A stretch of DNA of 64,000 nucleotides from Candidatus Anderseniibacteriota bacterium (GTDB taxonomy: Bacteria > Patescibacteriota > Andersenbacteria > UBA10190), in NCBI GenBank assembly GCA_040876835.1, contig JBBDOX010000011.1, positions 1,452 through 65,451 of the forward strand, in the 5' to 3' direction. Below the pieces are notes generated by a model. It did no database searches. It was not told the origin of the DNA and was given only the letters and a program-made list of their open reading frames with translations. Position 1 is the first letter of the stretch. Each line of letters opens with the position of its first letter. A program made the translations under genes and the position numbers. Below, one piece after another: positions 1 to 8,703 of this stretch.

Positions 1-1
1 A

Positions 2-181
2 TGGGGGATCACGTCGTTTATAGCTGATGATTACACCAGCCCGCAGCGTATGGTGGAGTTAGGTTTGAAAGAATTAGCAGGAGCTTTTGATATTAGCTCC
101 GGTAGCAAGATTGTCGTGATCTCCGGTTTGCGTCGGGATAACGGCGGCTACAACAGCGGGATTCAGGTTATTGAGGTATAA
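2..181 (+). CDS. 3' end of an upstream gene, truncated by the window edge; product unknown
   Basis: Open frame from the window edge to TAA at 179-181 (…ADDYTSPQRMVELGLKELAGAF…GIQVIEV*). Coding-like composition. No family recognised. Confidence 0.3.
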   Translation, partial: WGITSFIADDYTSPQRMVELGLKELAGAFDISSGSKIVVISGLRRDNGGYNSGIQVIEV

Positions 182-221
182 AAAAGCCGCGGACGGAGGG
201 GTTCGTGCGCGGTGTGGAGGT

Positions 222-1112
222 TCACCAGGAGAAACTTTTCCCGGTGAGCCTCACGTAGGCTTCAACGTATCGCTGACGAGTACGGTTGATGACCGTCTTC
301 GGCAGGGTTGGAGGGTCGCTGTTTTTGTCCCACTTCGCAGTCTTTGTCAGCCAGTCGCGAACGAACTGCTTGTCCAGGGAGACTTGCTCACGGCCAGGGG
401 TATACTTCTGGGTGTCCCAGAAGCGTGAGCTATCCGGCGTGAGCACTTCATCGATCAGATAGACGATCTCGCCGATCTGGCCGAATTCGAACTTGGTGTC
501 AGCGATGATAATGCCCTGAGCGAGAGCATACTCAGCGCCCTTCCTGTAAGCGTCCACGCTCAGATCTCGCAGGAGGTAGGCCAGGCTGTCTCCGACAAGC
601 TGGCGCATACGCTCGAACGAGATGTTTTCGTCGTGGCCATCGTCCACTTTCGTGGCGGGGGTGAAGATTGGCTCGTCGAGCTGGTCGCTTTCCTTCAGTC
701 CCGGAGGAAGCTTCAGCCCGCACACCGTGCCGGACTGCTGGTACTCTTTCCAGCCTGAGCCGGAGAGGTAGCCACGAACGACACATTCGATGGGGATGAC
801 CTGGGTCTTCCTGACCACCATGCTGCGTCCGTGCAGCACATCGAAGTCGGTGCCGCTGGGAAGCGGGAGATCCTTCGGATTCGTGCTGATCAGGTGGTTG
901 GGGATCGGGAGACGCTTGAACCACATCTCGCTCAACCCCGTGAGCACACGCCCCTTGTCGGGGATGCCGTCAGGAAGCACCCAATCATAGGCGCTGATCC
1001 GGTCGCTGGCAACGAACAGCAGCTTGTCGCCGAAGTCGTAAATGTCGCGAACCTTGCCGCGACGGACAGGGATTCCAGGAACATTGCTTTGCAAAAGAGC
1101 TTGCTGCTTCAT
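222..1112 (-). CDS. purC: Phosphoribosylaminoimidazole-succinocarboxamide synthase (SAICAR synthetase)
   Basis: 296 aa. N-terminal GKVRDIY motif plus extended PurC-like length and conservation (…ISAYDWVLPDGIPDKGRVLT…). Visibly G+C-richer than neighbouring genes. Confidence 0.85.
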   Translation of the reverse strand: MKQQALLQSNVPGIPVRRGKVRDIYDFGDKLLFVASDRISAYDWVLPDGIPDKGRVLTGLSEMWFKRLPIPNHLISTNPKDLPLPSGTDFDVLHGRSMVVRKTQVIPIECVVRGYLSGSGWKEYQQSGTVCGLKLPPGLKESDQLDEPIFTPATKVDDGHDENISFERMRQLVGDSLAYLLRDLSVDAYRKGAEYALAQGIIIADTKFEFGQIGEIVYLIDEVLTPDSSRFWDTQKYTPGREQVSLDKQFVRDWLTKTAKWDKNSDPPTLPKTVINRTRQRYVEAYVRLTGKSFSW

Positions 1113-1215
1113 CGGGTTTCCTTTCGAAAAAAGAGGGGGGATCCGGAGGGGTTTACCCTAGCAATATATAGAAGAATTTGCCAGAGAGGGCAGATTTTTG
1201 CATAGTAAGGCGCAA

Positions 1216-1304
1216 GGACAGGTGTCGGAGTGGTCTAACGAGATGGTCTTGAAAACCATTGTGGGTGAAAGCCCACCGGGGGTTCGAATCCCTCCCTGTC
1301 CGCA
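1216..1304 (+). tRNA. tRNA-Ser(UGA) with a long variable arm
   Basis: Acceptor GGACAGG pairs with CCTGTCC. Anticodon stem ATGGT/ACCAT with loop CUUGAAA gives anticodon UGA. Variable-arm hairpin GTGGG…CCCAC. T-loop GGTTCGAATCC. Discriminator G. Confidence 0.8.
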
Positions 1305-1397
1305 CTTAGCTACGATCACCCGATTAATAATACGAAGGATCAGCAAACGTCCCATCCAGTGCAGTTTGATAGACTGTTCGCTGTAAAACTATCGGGC

Positions 1398-2429
1398 CTA
1401 ATAACCTCTGGCTAACTCTGTAAACACCTGTTCGTAGCTGGTAACCATTTGGTCAAGAGAAAAACGTTGCTCCACAGATTCCCGACACTTTTTTCGATCC
1501 AGCGTCGCAACTTTGTTTACGGCATCAATCATCTCTTTGGTTGTTGTCACCAGGAATCCCGTCTTACCTTCTTCAATAATTTCCGGCATCGAGCCTCGTC
1601 GAAAAGCAATAACTGGCGTTCCTGTTACCAAAGCCTCTATTACCACCAGGCCAAATGGTTCATCCCACTGAATGGGCATAAGCATGGCGTAGGCGTTAGC
1701 CAATAGTTCTTTCTTTTCTTCTCCAACCTGCCCGATAAATTCCACCTCTGGCGTTTCTTCAAATAATTTAAGCATCTCTTTAGCGTAAGCAGACAGAGGC
1801 TCATCTACTTTAGCGGCAACTATAAGCTTACGGCCGGTTTGCTTGGCTGTTTCGACGGCTACCTCTACACCTTTTTCTGGGGTGATTCGTCCTAGAAACA
1901 CGAGATATTCACCCCGCTCTTCCCGAAAAGGGAATTCATCTATGGGAATGCCATGGTAGATAGTACGGAGATAAGGAAGGCGCGGAAGGGATTTTCGTTG
2001 GGCATCACTGATGGAAATAAAGCAGGTCTTTTGAGCTTCGGGTGTTTGGAGAATCGCCTGTTCCGCCGGACGCGACAGGTCTGTGTGGAGTGTCGTTACG
2101 AATGATTTATTGAGATACGGCACTAAGGCAAAGGTTTCAAGGATGTGATTATGGATAATATCAAACTTCTCACTCTGACGGGCAAAGTTATTCAGATGAC
2201 GTATGAGTAGCAGCGTTGCGACAGTTTCGTTTACATCATCAAAGCCAAGCGCCTGGTCGCAGACGCTTTCCAGCTGTGCACCTGTTTTGGAGTCCCCGGT
2301 TGCGAAAAGGGTTACCGCATGATCTTTTTTTACCAGACCTTCAGTGACGGCGGAGATAACATATTCTGTTCCGCCGTATTTACGAGGTGGAACAGCTTCT
2401 CGGATGTTTGAAATTTCAGCAATGCGCAT
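1398..2429 (-). CDS. Glycosyltransferase family 4 (GT-B, group 1)
   Basis: 343 aa. N-terminal …GGTEYVISAVTEGLVKKDHAVTLFATGDSKT… and C-terminal …EPFGLVVIEALVTGTPVIAF… (EX7E-like) are typical of GT4. Confidence 0.8.
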   Translation of the reverse strand: MRIAEISNIREAVPPRKYGGTEYVISAVTEGLVKKDHAVTLFATGDSKTGAQLESVCDQALGFDDVNETVATLLLIRHLNNFARQSEKFDIIHNHILETFALVPYLNKSFVTTLHTDLSRPAEQAILQTPEAQKTCFISISDAQRKSLPRLPYLRTIYHGIPIDEFPFREERGEYLVFLGRITPEKGVEVAVETAKQTGRKLIVAAKVDEPLSAYAKEMLKLFEETPEVEFIGQVGEEKKELLANAYAMLMPIQWDEPFGLVVIEALVTGTPVIAFRRGSMPEIIEEGKTGFLVTTTKEMIDAVNKVATLDRKKCRESVEQRFSLDQMVTSYEQVFTELARGY

Positions 2430-2524
2430 ATGGTAGTTTTTGTTAATTAAATCTTAACATGGTCGTAGGCATCTGTGGGTGGATTTTGGATATTGTGCCT
2501 TTTCATTGATAGAATAACTTTATT

Positions 2525-3559
2525 ATGCGTATTGGTGTTTTGGGTCCTATTTGGCTTCCTATTCCTCCCTCGGGATATGGTGGCAGTGAAATTGTTGTCT
2601 ACAACCTGGTTGAAGGATTAGTAGACCGGGGGCATAGCGTAACATTATTTGCCTCTGGGGGGTCGAAGACCCGCGCTGAGCTTCGATCGGTCTTAGATCG
2701 ACCACTACTGGAGATTAAAGGAAAGTTTGATTTCTCGGACAACTCCTACGACCTTCTCAATGCATCTAATGCCTTCGCGGCTTCGGAAGAGTTTGATGTT
2801 CTTCATAACATGCTGGGTTACCAGGTGCTGCCGTTTCTGCCGTTTGCCAAGTGCCCGGTAGTGCATACCTCACACAGCAGTATTAAAGAATATGATGGAT
2901 TAGTTATGCAGTTTAAAGACGCCAATTATATTTCTATTAGCAATGCCCAACGTCAGCTTCACCCCCAGCTCAATTATATAGATACGGTGTATCACGGGAT
3001 TGATACAAAAAAATATGTACCAGCTGCTGATGCTACGCGAGATTACTTTGTTTTCCTGAGCCGCATTATGCCGGAGAAGGGTGTGCATTTGGCCATTGAG
3101 GCGGCCAAGCAGAGTCATCAGAAGCTAGTGATTGCTGGTATTGTCGATGAACGTGACAAGGAATATTTTGCTACTCAAATCGAACCGCGTATTGATGATG
3201 ACCAGATACGCTTTGTTGGCTCCGCAGATGAGGCCAGGAAAATTGAACTCTTTCAACAGGCTAAGGCCATGATTTTCCCCACACAATGGCACGAGGCTTT
3301 TGGGCTGGTACTCATTGAGGCGATGGCCTGCGGGACACCGGTTATAGCCTGGAATAAGGGAGCGGTTCCGGAGGTTATCACGTCAGGGGAAACCGGTTTT
3401 GTTGTTGAATCAACGGAGGAAATGGCAGAGGCTATGAAGAATATTGATGCTATTTCTCAGGAACGGTGCCGCCAGGAGGCTGAGAAGCGATTTAGCCGCG
3501 AGGCGATGGCGCAAGGATACGAGCGTGTATATCAATCACTTCAGGCTGCCGGCAGGTAG
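2525..3559 (+). CDS. Glycosyltransferase family 4, paralog of the divergent neighbour
   Basis: 344 aa. N-terminus …GYGGSEIVVYNLVEGLVDRGHSVTLFASGGSKT… is clearly paralogous to the 1398-2429 product. C-terminal …EAFGLVLIEAMACGTPVIAW… motif. Confidence 0.8.
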   Translation: MRIGVLGPIWLPIPPSGYGGSEIVVYNLVEGLVDRGHSVTLFASGGSKTRAELRSVLDRPLLEIKGKFDFSDNSYDLLNASNAFAASEEFDVLHNMLGYQVLPFLPFAKCPVVHTSHSSIKEYDGLVMQFKDANYISISNAQRQLHPQLNYIDTVYHGIDTKKYVPAADATRDYFVFLSRIMPEKGVHLAIEAAKQSHQKLVIAGIVDERDKEYFATQIEPRIDDDQIRFVGSADEARKIELFQQAKAMIFPTQWHEAFGLVLIEAMACGTPVIAWNKGAVPEVITSGETGFVVESTEEMAEAMKNIDAISQERCRQEAEKRFSREAMAQGYERVYQSLQAAGR

Positions 3560-4909
3560 CGTGAGAGAATATACAACCTGTTTTGTTGATCGAGTTTCCC
3601 ATATAAGAAACCACATTGCTAGGACAAAGAATATGGCTACAGCCGCGCTTCCCAGAGCAATCATCTGTATTGCTCCGCTTGTGAGCAGGCAGGCAGCGAT
3701 ACTTCCTAGCACAAAGAACGTGGCCAGCATGCCATCAACCGGCAGATAAGGGGCCACCTTCTCGGTCGGATCTTTGGTTGTTCTGTGAAACGGAAGCTGA
3801 GGAGAAGTTAGCGTCCACAGCCATACTAGTGACATCGTACCCGTCAGACCAAAATGAGATAGTGTGGTTTTTAATACTGAAATAATTGAAGCAATACCCC
3901 GACGGCGCTGCCCTAGGGAAAAATACAGTACCTTGGCAACAATGAAGCCAGTGATTGTTAACAGACTTAATCCTGCAATGAGAGTAATAAACGGTGTGAT
4001 TGTGCCATAGCTGGCCAGGATCAAAGAGAGGGTAAGAAATATTGTCGGGAAAAGGGTGGGGTGAAACCAGGCAGTGAGCTGAGTGATAAAGCTTAGCTTT
4101 TGTTTCCAGGTCAGGTGCTCGTTTTTAATAGTTGGCCACAGGTCTTTCCGTATAATCTGGGCGTTGCCGTGAACCCAGCGTTCACGCTGTCTCTGAAGAG
4201 AATAATAATTAAAAGGCATGAGTCCCCGGCCGATAAGCTGGTTGATGAACACTCCTTTGTATCCCTTGCTGTATAGATGGATGCTAATCTCTGCGTCCTC
4301 CGTGATACACCATTCATTCCACTTTAGTGATTCGTCTGTCAGGAAGAGACTTGCCCGTAGAAGGCTGAGGGTGCCGGTGGCCGTGACGGCGTTCCAACTA
4401 TTGGCCTGCTCAAGGATGTTATCAAAAAAACTACGGTATTCCTGCTCTAATCCAGCTGTTTTCGGTGAGGAGTTATAGTACGCTTGGGGGTACTGCACAA
4501 TGGCTACGTGTGGATCGCTAAAATGAGGAATAGACTGCTGCAGCATTTTTTCGTCTACTACATAGTCTGAATCCACGATACTTATAATCTCGGTCCGCGG
4601 ATTCATGTGCGGCAAGGCGGCATTTAGGGCGCCAGCCTTGTATCCTTTCAGGTTTTCAAAATGCAAGAATCTAAAAGGAGGGCCTAACTTTTTACAATAC
4701 TGCTCAATCGGTTTCCAGATGGCAGGATCGTATGTGTTGTTATCAATTACTAAAACCTCGTAGTTCGTGTATTTAAGCTGAGACAAGCTTGTCAGCGTCT
4801 TTTCAACGACGCTTAGAGGCTCGTTATGACAGGGGACGTGAATGGAGACAAAAGGACGGGCGGATTTCGCCGGTGGCGAAATGGGCTTAGGTTTAATGAG
4901 AACGCTCAC
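3536..4909 (-). CDS. Processive family-2 glycosyltransferase (cellulose/chitin-synthase-like) with C-terminal transmembrane domain
   Basis: 457 aa read from a GTG start. DxD-type motifs (VIDNNT, IVDSDY) and the QxxRW motif (QRQRERW) are followed by multiple hydrophobic helices. Confidence 0.78.
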   Translation of the reverse strand: MSVLIKPKPISPPAKSARPFVSIHVPCHNEPLSVVEKTLTSLSQLKYTNYEVLVIDNNTYDPAIWKPIEQYCKKLGPPFRFLHFENLKGYKAGALNAALPHMNPRTEIISIVDSDYVVDEKMLQQSIPHFSDPHVAIVQYPQAYYNSSPKTAGLEQEYRSFFDNILEQANSWNAVTATGTLSLLRASLFLTDESLKWNEWCITEDAEISIHLYSKGYKGVFINQLIGRGLMPFNYYSLQRQRERWVHGNAQIIRKDLWPTIKNEHLTWKQKLSFITQLTAWFHPTLFPTIFLTLSLILASYGTITPFITLIAGLSLLTITGFIVAKVLYFSLGQRRRGIASIISVLKTTLSHFGLTGTMSLVWLWTLTSPQLPFHRTTKDPTEKVAPYLPVDGMLATFFVLGSIAACLLTSGAIQMIALGSAAVAIFFVLAMWFLIWETRSTKQVVYSLTLPAGSLK

Positions 4910-5158
4910 TAACTGAATAGCGGCCAGGAAAATAGCGAAGAGGGCGTTTACTAGAAGTATATAAAGAACCAGGCTGGGTAAAAGAGTAATTAAAGCAGCT
5001 GATACGAGAAGAGATATTCCAATAAACCAAGGTTTTTTCAGACTGATTACCTCCCTTCATAAACTAAGATGATAAAGTAGCTATTTTGATAGTATGCCCT
5101 ATATGAAGCATTAAGTCAAAAAGGACTGTGTAGGTGGTTTATGTGATAATATATTTTT

Positions 5159-5650
5159 ATGAGTAAACAAGGGCCAGAAATGCCACCTCCTAATACGCCT
5201 GAAAATGCTGGTAACAGCGACCGAATAGAGGCGGCTAAGAAGCATATAGTGAACAGCCTGCGGGATATAGATAATTTGCCGCTCGCGGATAAAGAAAACA
5301 TATTGCATCTGGGATACAACCTAAACGACAGCGGAGTAAAATTTGATAAGGAGACCCAGCAGCAGCTTGAGCAACTAGCAGCAAAGCTTCATGACAGAGA
5401 CGAGGCAATACGTGCCCAGCTTGCTCAACTTAAACCTGGAGATGTTATTGTATCTCCTTCAAAGAGCTATAAAGTCGTTAAAGTGGACTATAAAGAAAAG
5501 GCAGAAGATTCTTGGATTACTCTGGAGACTCTTCAGATAAAGCCCCAAGAGCAGGATTCAGCTAGTAAGCCATATCAGATAAATTTGTTTGCCCTGAACC
5601 TGCGGACGGACGAGATTGAACAAATTATACCCAAACCGCTCCAGACCTAA
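5159..5650 (+). CDS. Hypothetical protein
   Basis: 163-aa ORF with an ATG start, intergenic placement and coding-like composition. No recognisable domain. Confidence 0.45.
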   Translation: MSKQGPEMPPPNTPENAGNSDRIEAAKKHIVNSLRDIDNLPLADKENILHLGYNLNDSGVKFDKETQQQLEQLAAKLHDRDEAIRAQLAQLKPGDVIVSPSKSYKVVKVDYKEKAEDSWITLETLQIKPQEQDSASKPYQINLFALNLRTDEIEQIIPKPLQT

Positions 5651-5694
5651 GTGGTAGCGTTTTAGATTAGCCTTCGGTAGAGTAAGGGGTTGCT

Positions 5695-6561
5695 ATGCCG
5701 GAATTACCTGAAGTAGAAACCGTACGTCTGGGACTGATGCGCCGTATTATCGGCAAGGAAATTACTCGTGTCCAAGTTAAAAAAGCCAAGCTCATTCGCG
5801 GCGTTTCCGCACCAGTCTTTGTACGCACATTGAAAGGCAGCCGATTTGGTCACATTGATCGTATTGGTAAGCTGCTCATTCTTTCGCTTATGGGTAAGGA
5901 TCGGTACGTGCTGGTTCACCTGAAGATGACCGGTCAGTTAATTTATCAAAAGAATAGTACCGTTATCGCCGGCGGACATCAGTGGCCGCCGATCAGTGGC
6001 GGACTGCCCAATGCGTACTCCCACATCATCATCGACTTTGCAGATGGCGGCAGATTATTTTTTAATGACCTACGGCAGTTCGGATACATGGAGTTGGCTT
6101 CTGCCAAGCGGCGCCAGGAAGTTCTAGACACCTATGGCGTTGATCCTCTGCTAGGAAAGTTTACCTATACTGCTTTCCGCGACGCTCTGGCTAAACGCTC
6201 GCGTACCTTAAAGGCCGTGTTGCTGGATCAATCAGTTATTGCGGGGATCGGTAATATTTATGCAGACGAAATCTGCTTTCACGCCCGCATCAGACCAAAC
6301 CGTTCCGTTAAATCGTTATCCGAAAAAGAACTCAAAGCGCTCTTTGTGGCTACGAAGCACATAATGAAGCGGGCGCTGGAACACGGCGGGACAACATTCA
6401 AGGACTATCGCGACTCTGATGGCGCCAAAGGAAACTTTACGGCGCTGCTGAAGGTATATGGCCGTGGTGGAGCGCCGTGCAAGCGTTGCAGGCAGCAACT
6501 CATCAAAAAAATCCAGCACGCTGGACGAGGCACCCATTTTTGTTTGCGTTGCCAAGTGTAG
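5695..6561 (+). CDS. mutM: Formamidopyrimidine-DNA glycosylase
   Basis: 288 aa. N-terminal MPELPEVE catalytic Pro/Glu signature, H2TH region, and C-terminal zinc finger CKRC…CLRC. Confidence 0.9.
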   Translation: MPELPEVETVRLGLMRRIIGKEITRVQVKKAKLIRGVSAPVFVRTLKGSRFGHIDRIGKLLILSLMGKDRYVLVHLKMTGQLIYQKNSTVIAGGHQWPPISGGLPNAYSHIIIDFADGGRLFFNDLRQFGYMELASAKRRQEVLDTYGVDPLLGKFTYTAFRDALAKRSRTLKAVLLDQSVIAGIGNIYADEICFHARIRPNRSVKSLSEKELKALFVATKHIMKRALEHGGTTFKDYRDSDGAKGNFTALLKVYGRGGAPCKRCRQQLIKKIQHAGRGTHFCLRCQV

Positions 6562-6688
6562 TGATTGCCCCGTACACTTTTACCTACATGGCTAATGAAT
6601 TTCAAAAAGATATCTGGAAAATCGGCATACTAGCTGGAACAGCTGTGATACTGATGATGCTCTTGCTTGTTGCTACATTTATATTTCG

Positions 6689-7225
6689 ATGAGTCAAAAA
6701 CCATACCCTACTCCAGCGAAGCTATCTATACCGATTGATGCCTACAAAGTATCAGGGTATAGATTTGGTGATCGCGTGCGCAGTCGAATCATATTATGGG
6801 CCCGTCACTTAGGAGAAGATGTTCTGGCTGATCCCGGGACATCCATCAAAGCTATTGGTGAAGGTGAAGTCATATGGTCTGAAATCCGACCGGGTTCAAA
6901 ACAGAGACGCAATTGGGGCGGTATTGTAATTATCGGGCACACTCACGTGTCAACTTCCGAACAGTTTTACTCACTGTACGGGCACATTACTGACTTGCAG
7001 GTGAAGGTCGGGGATGTAGTACAGGCGGGTGATTTGGTGGGTAAAGTTGCAGCTGGTCATACGCCCGAGAACGGCTGGTGGGCGCGCCCACACCTGCACT
7101 TTGGGATATATACCGGTCCCTGGATGGGGCAAGTACTGCCGGGCTGGGCGAAGGTCTTTGAACAGCGGACAAAAATGCACTGGTGGCAGGCTCCGCAGCA
7201 GTTCTTGCGTCGATATCCAAAATAA
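6689..7225 (+). CDS. M23 family (LytM-domain) peptidase
   Basis: 178 aa. …YGHITDLQVKVGDVVQAGDLVGKV… and HLHFGIY motifs are typical of the M23/LytM metallopeptidase fold. Confidence 0.72.
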   Translation: MSQKPYPTPAKLSIPIDAYKVSGYRFGDRVRSRIILWARHLGEDVLADPGTSIKAIGEGEVIWSEIRPGSKQRRNWGGIVIIGHTHVSTSEQFYSLYGHITDLQVKVGDVVQAGDLVGKVAAGHTPENGWWARPHLHFGIYTGPWMGQVLPGWAKVFEQRTKMHWWQAPQQFLRRYPK

Positions 7226-7253
7226 AAATCTTGATGGGCTATACTTTAAGATA

Positions 7254-7802
7254 ATGACTCAGCGAATTATTCCTCTTCTGATCTTTATAACAGTAGCCGC
7301 TTGGCTGCCCCATGCGGTATTGGCTCACCGTTCAGGCTGCCATACCTTACATACGTGCCCTTCGGATAGTAATACGTATGTATGCGGAGACCTGGGGTAT
7401 CCGTGCGATGGATCAACAAGCATTAATGATGTATCTCTATCAGCGATTCATGTTCCGTTGTTAGTTGAAAAAGCCTTTACAGATACCTTTGGCAGAAAGC
7501 CGTCAGAGAGTGAAAGCGCATACTGGAAAAAGCGGTTTCGAGCGGAGAAAGACAGTGTGCACAAGATACGGCGGACCATGGCCTGGCACCGAATGAACGG
7601 ATCATTCGGGCCGCCAAAAGCAGAAAGTGCAAAAGCTGATCTCGTGGCTAATATGAATGCGATGTTTCGATCAGTGTACGACGGACGTGACCCACTCCTA
7701 TCCGAACATCAATACTGGATATCCCGTATTCAGGACAAACCCAGTGAGCCCGCCCTCATTGGAGCGATGACGTATCACAAACACCACGGCATTCAGCATT
7801 AA
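7254..7802 (+). CDS. Secreted hypothetical protein (signal peptide)
   Basis: Internal ATG at 7254 of the 7029 ORF begins with signal-peptide-like MTQRIIPLLIFITVAAWLPHAVLA. The upstream in-frame part overlaps the M23 gene and is rejected. Confidence 0.5.
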   Translation: MTQRIIPLLIFITVAAWLPHAVLAHRSGCHTLHTCPSDSNTYVCGDLGYPCDGSTSINDVSLSAIHVPLLVEKAFTDTFGRKPSESESAYWKKRFRAEKDSVHKIRRTMAWHRMNGSFGPPKAESAKADLVANMNAMFRSVYDGRDPLLSEHQYWISRIQDKPSEPALIGAMTYHKHHGIQH

Positions 7803-7851
7803 GAAAAAAGCAGCCGAGAGGGCCGCTGTTAAGGAGGGGGCAACGCTGAGG

Positions 7852-8538
7852 TCACTTCCCTTGCTGGGCGAGGATCTCGACCAGAGGGCCGAGATCGATG
7901 TTCACCTCCGTGCTTTCGCAGTTTGCCGTCTTCGCTTCCTGCAGCAGGAAGCTAATGATAGCCAGACGACTTTTTGGATCGTTCCAGTTATCAACGAGGA
8001 GCGACAGGAGCATCGCCGCCGACTCCGCAAAATCCTTCGCCAGGAAAGCACGCCGGACGAAGCCGGCAAGGTGCCGCTTGTTCAGCAGGATTCGGTGGAG
8101 CTCTTCCCGGGGAATCCGCTTGCCTTCGAATGCGGGAAGCGGTGCGTAGGGGATGAGTGGCGACTTGAGCAAGAGGGTGAAAGTAGCCGTCCTCTCCTCG
8201 CCGGTGTAGTGGGATATCTTGGCCCACAGATCAAGGGCGGTGCTGATGAGAGAGTGGTTGCGACACAGGGCCCTGTCCACCCATCCACCCACGCGTTTGC
8301 CGTGGCGTTGGGCGTACTGTTGCCACGTCTTCTCGCTCGGAGCGTCCTTGTCATAGCAGATGTGCTTGAGGGTATCCGACGGGAGGATGCCGTTGCTGCA
8401 CAGAATGCGAGCGACCAGCTCGCCTTGCGTACCTTGATCTACCGTGTCGAGAACTCGCAGGTAGCGCACGGCCCGGTCGCGTTCGCGGTGAACGTGTGCT
8501 GCGGCGATGGCGTCGATCTGCTCAGCTGGAGTCGTCAT
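7852..8538 (-). CDS. Hypothetical protein (G+C-rich single-gene patch)
   Basis: 228-aa ORF with no recognisable motif. Composition is clearly G+C-richer than the flanks, which also produces many spurious overlapping ORFs in other frames. Confidence 0.5.
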   Translation of the reverse strand: MTTPAEQIDAIAAAHVHRERDRAVRYLRVLDTVDQGTQGELVARILCSNGILPSDTLKHICYDKDAPSEKTWQQYAQRHGKRVGGWVDRALCRNHSLISTALDLWAKISHYTGEERTATFTLLLKSPLIPYAPLPAFEGKRIPREELHRILLNKRHLAGFVRRAFLAKDFAESAAMLLSLLVDNWNDPKSRLAIISFLLQEAKTANCESTEVNIDLGPLVEILAQQGK

Positions 8539-8703
8539 CGTGAAATCCTCGCTGTTTGGGGAAAAGAAGATTGCCGAAAGAGCCGCAATATTGTTACAAT
8601 AAATTGATACTTAGTCAAGAGATGCCGGTTCTCCCGGGGCGTACATGCTCTAAATTCGAACTAAAAGCTGCATCAGGCCTCCGAGGCTGGTATACTGGCT
8701 TTT

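Noticed and set aside
171-1205. ORF-track entries 171-428(+), 532-924(-), 790-990(+) and 831-1205(+) overlapping purC
   Set aside because: All lie within or antisense to the well-supported purC frame. They are low-complexity Arg/Pro/Gly-rich translations typical of spurious ORFs in G+C-rich DNA.
7029-7253. N-terminal 75 codons of ORF 7029-7802
   Set aside because: This part overlaps the 3' end of the M23 peptidase gene in another frame. The internal ATG at 7254 begins a clean signal peptide.
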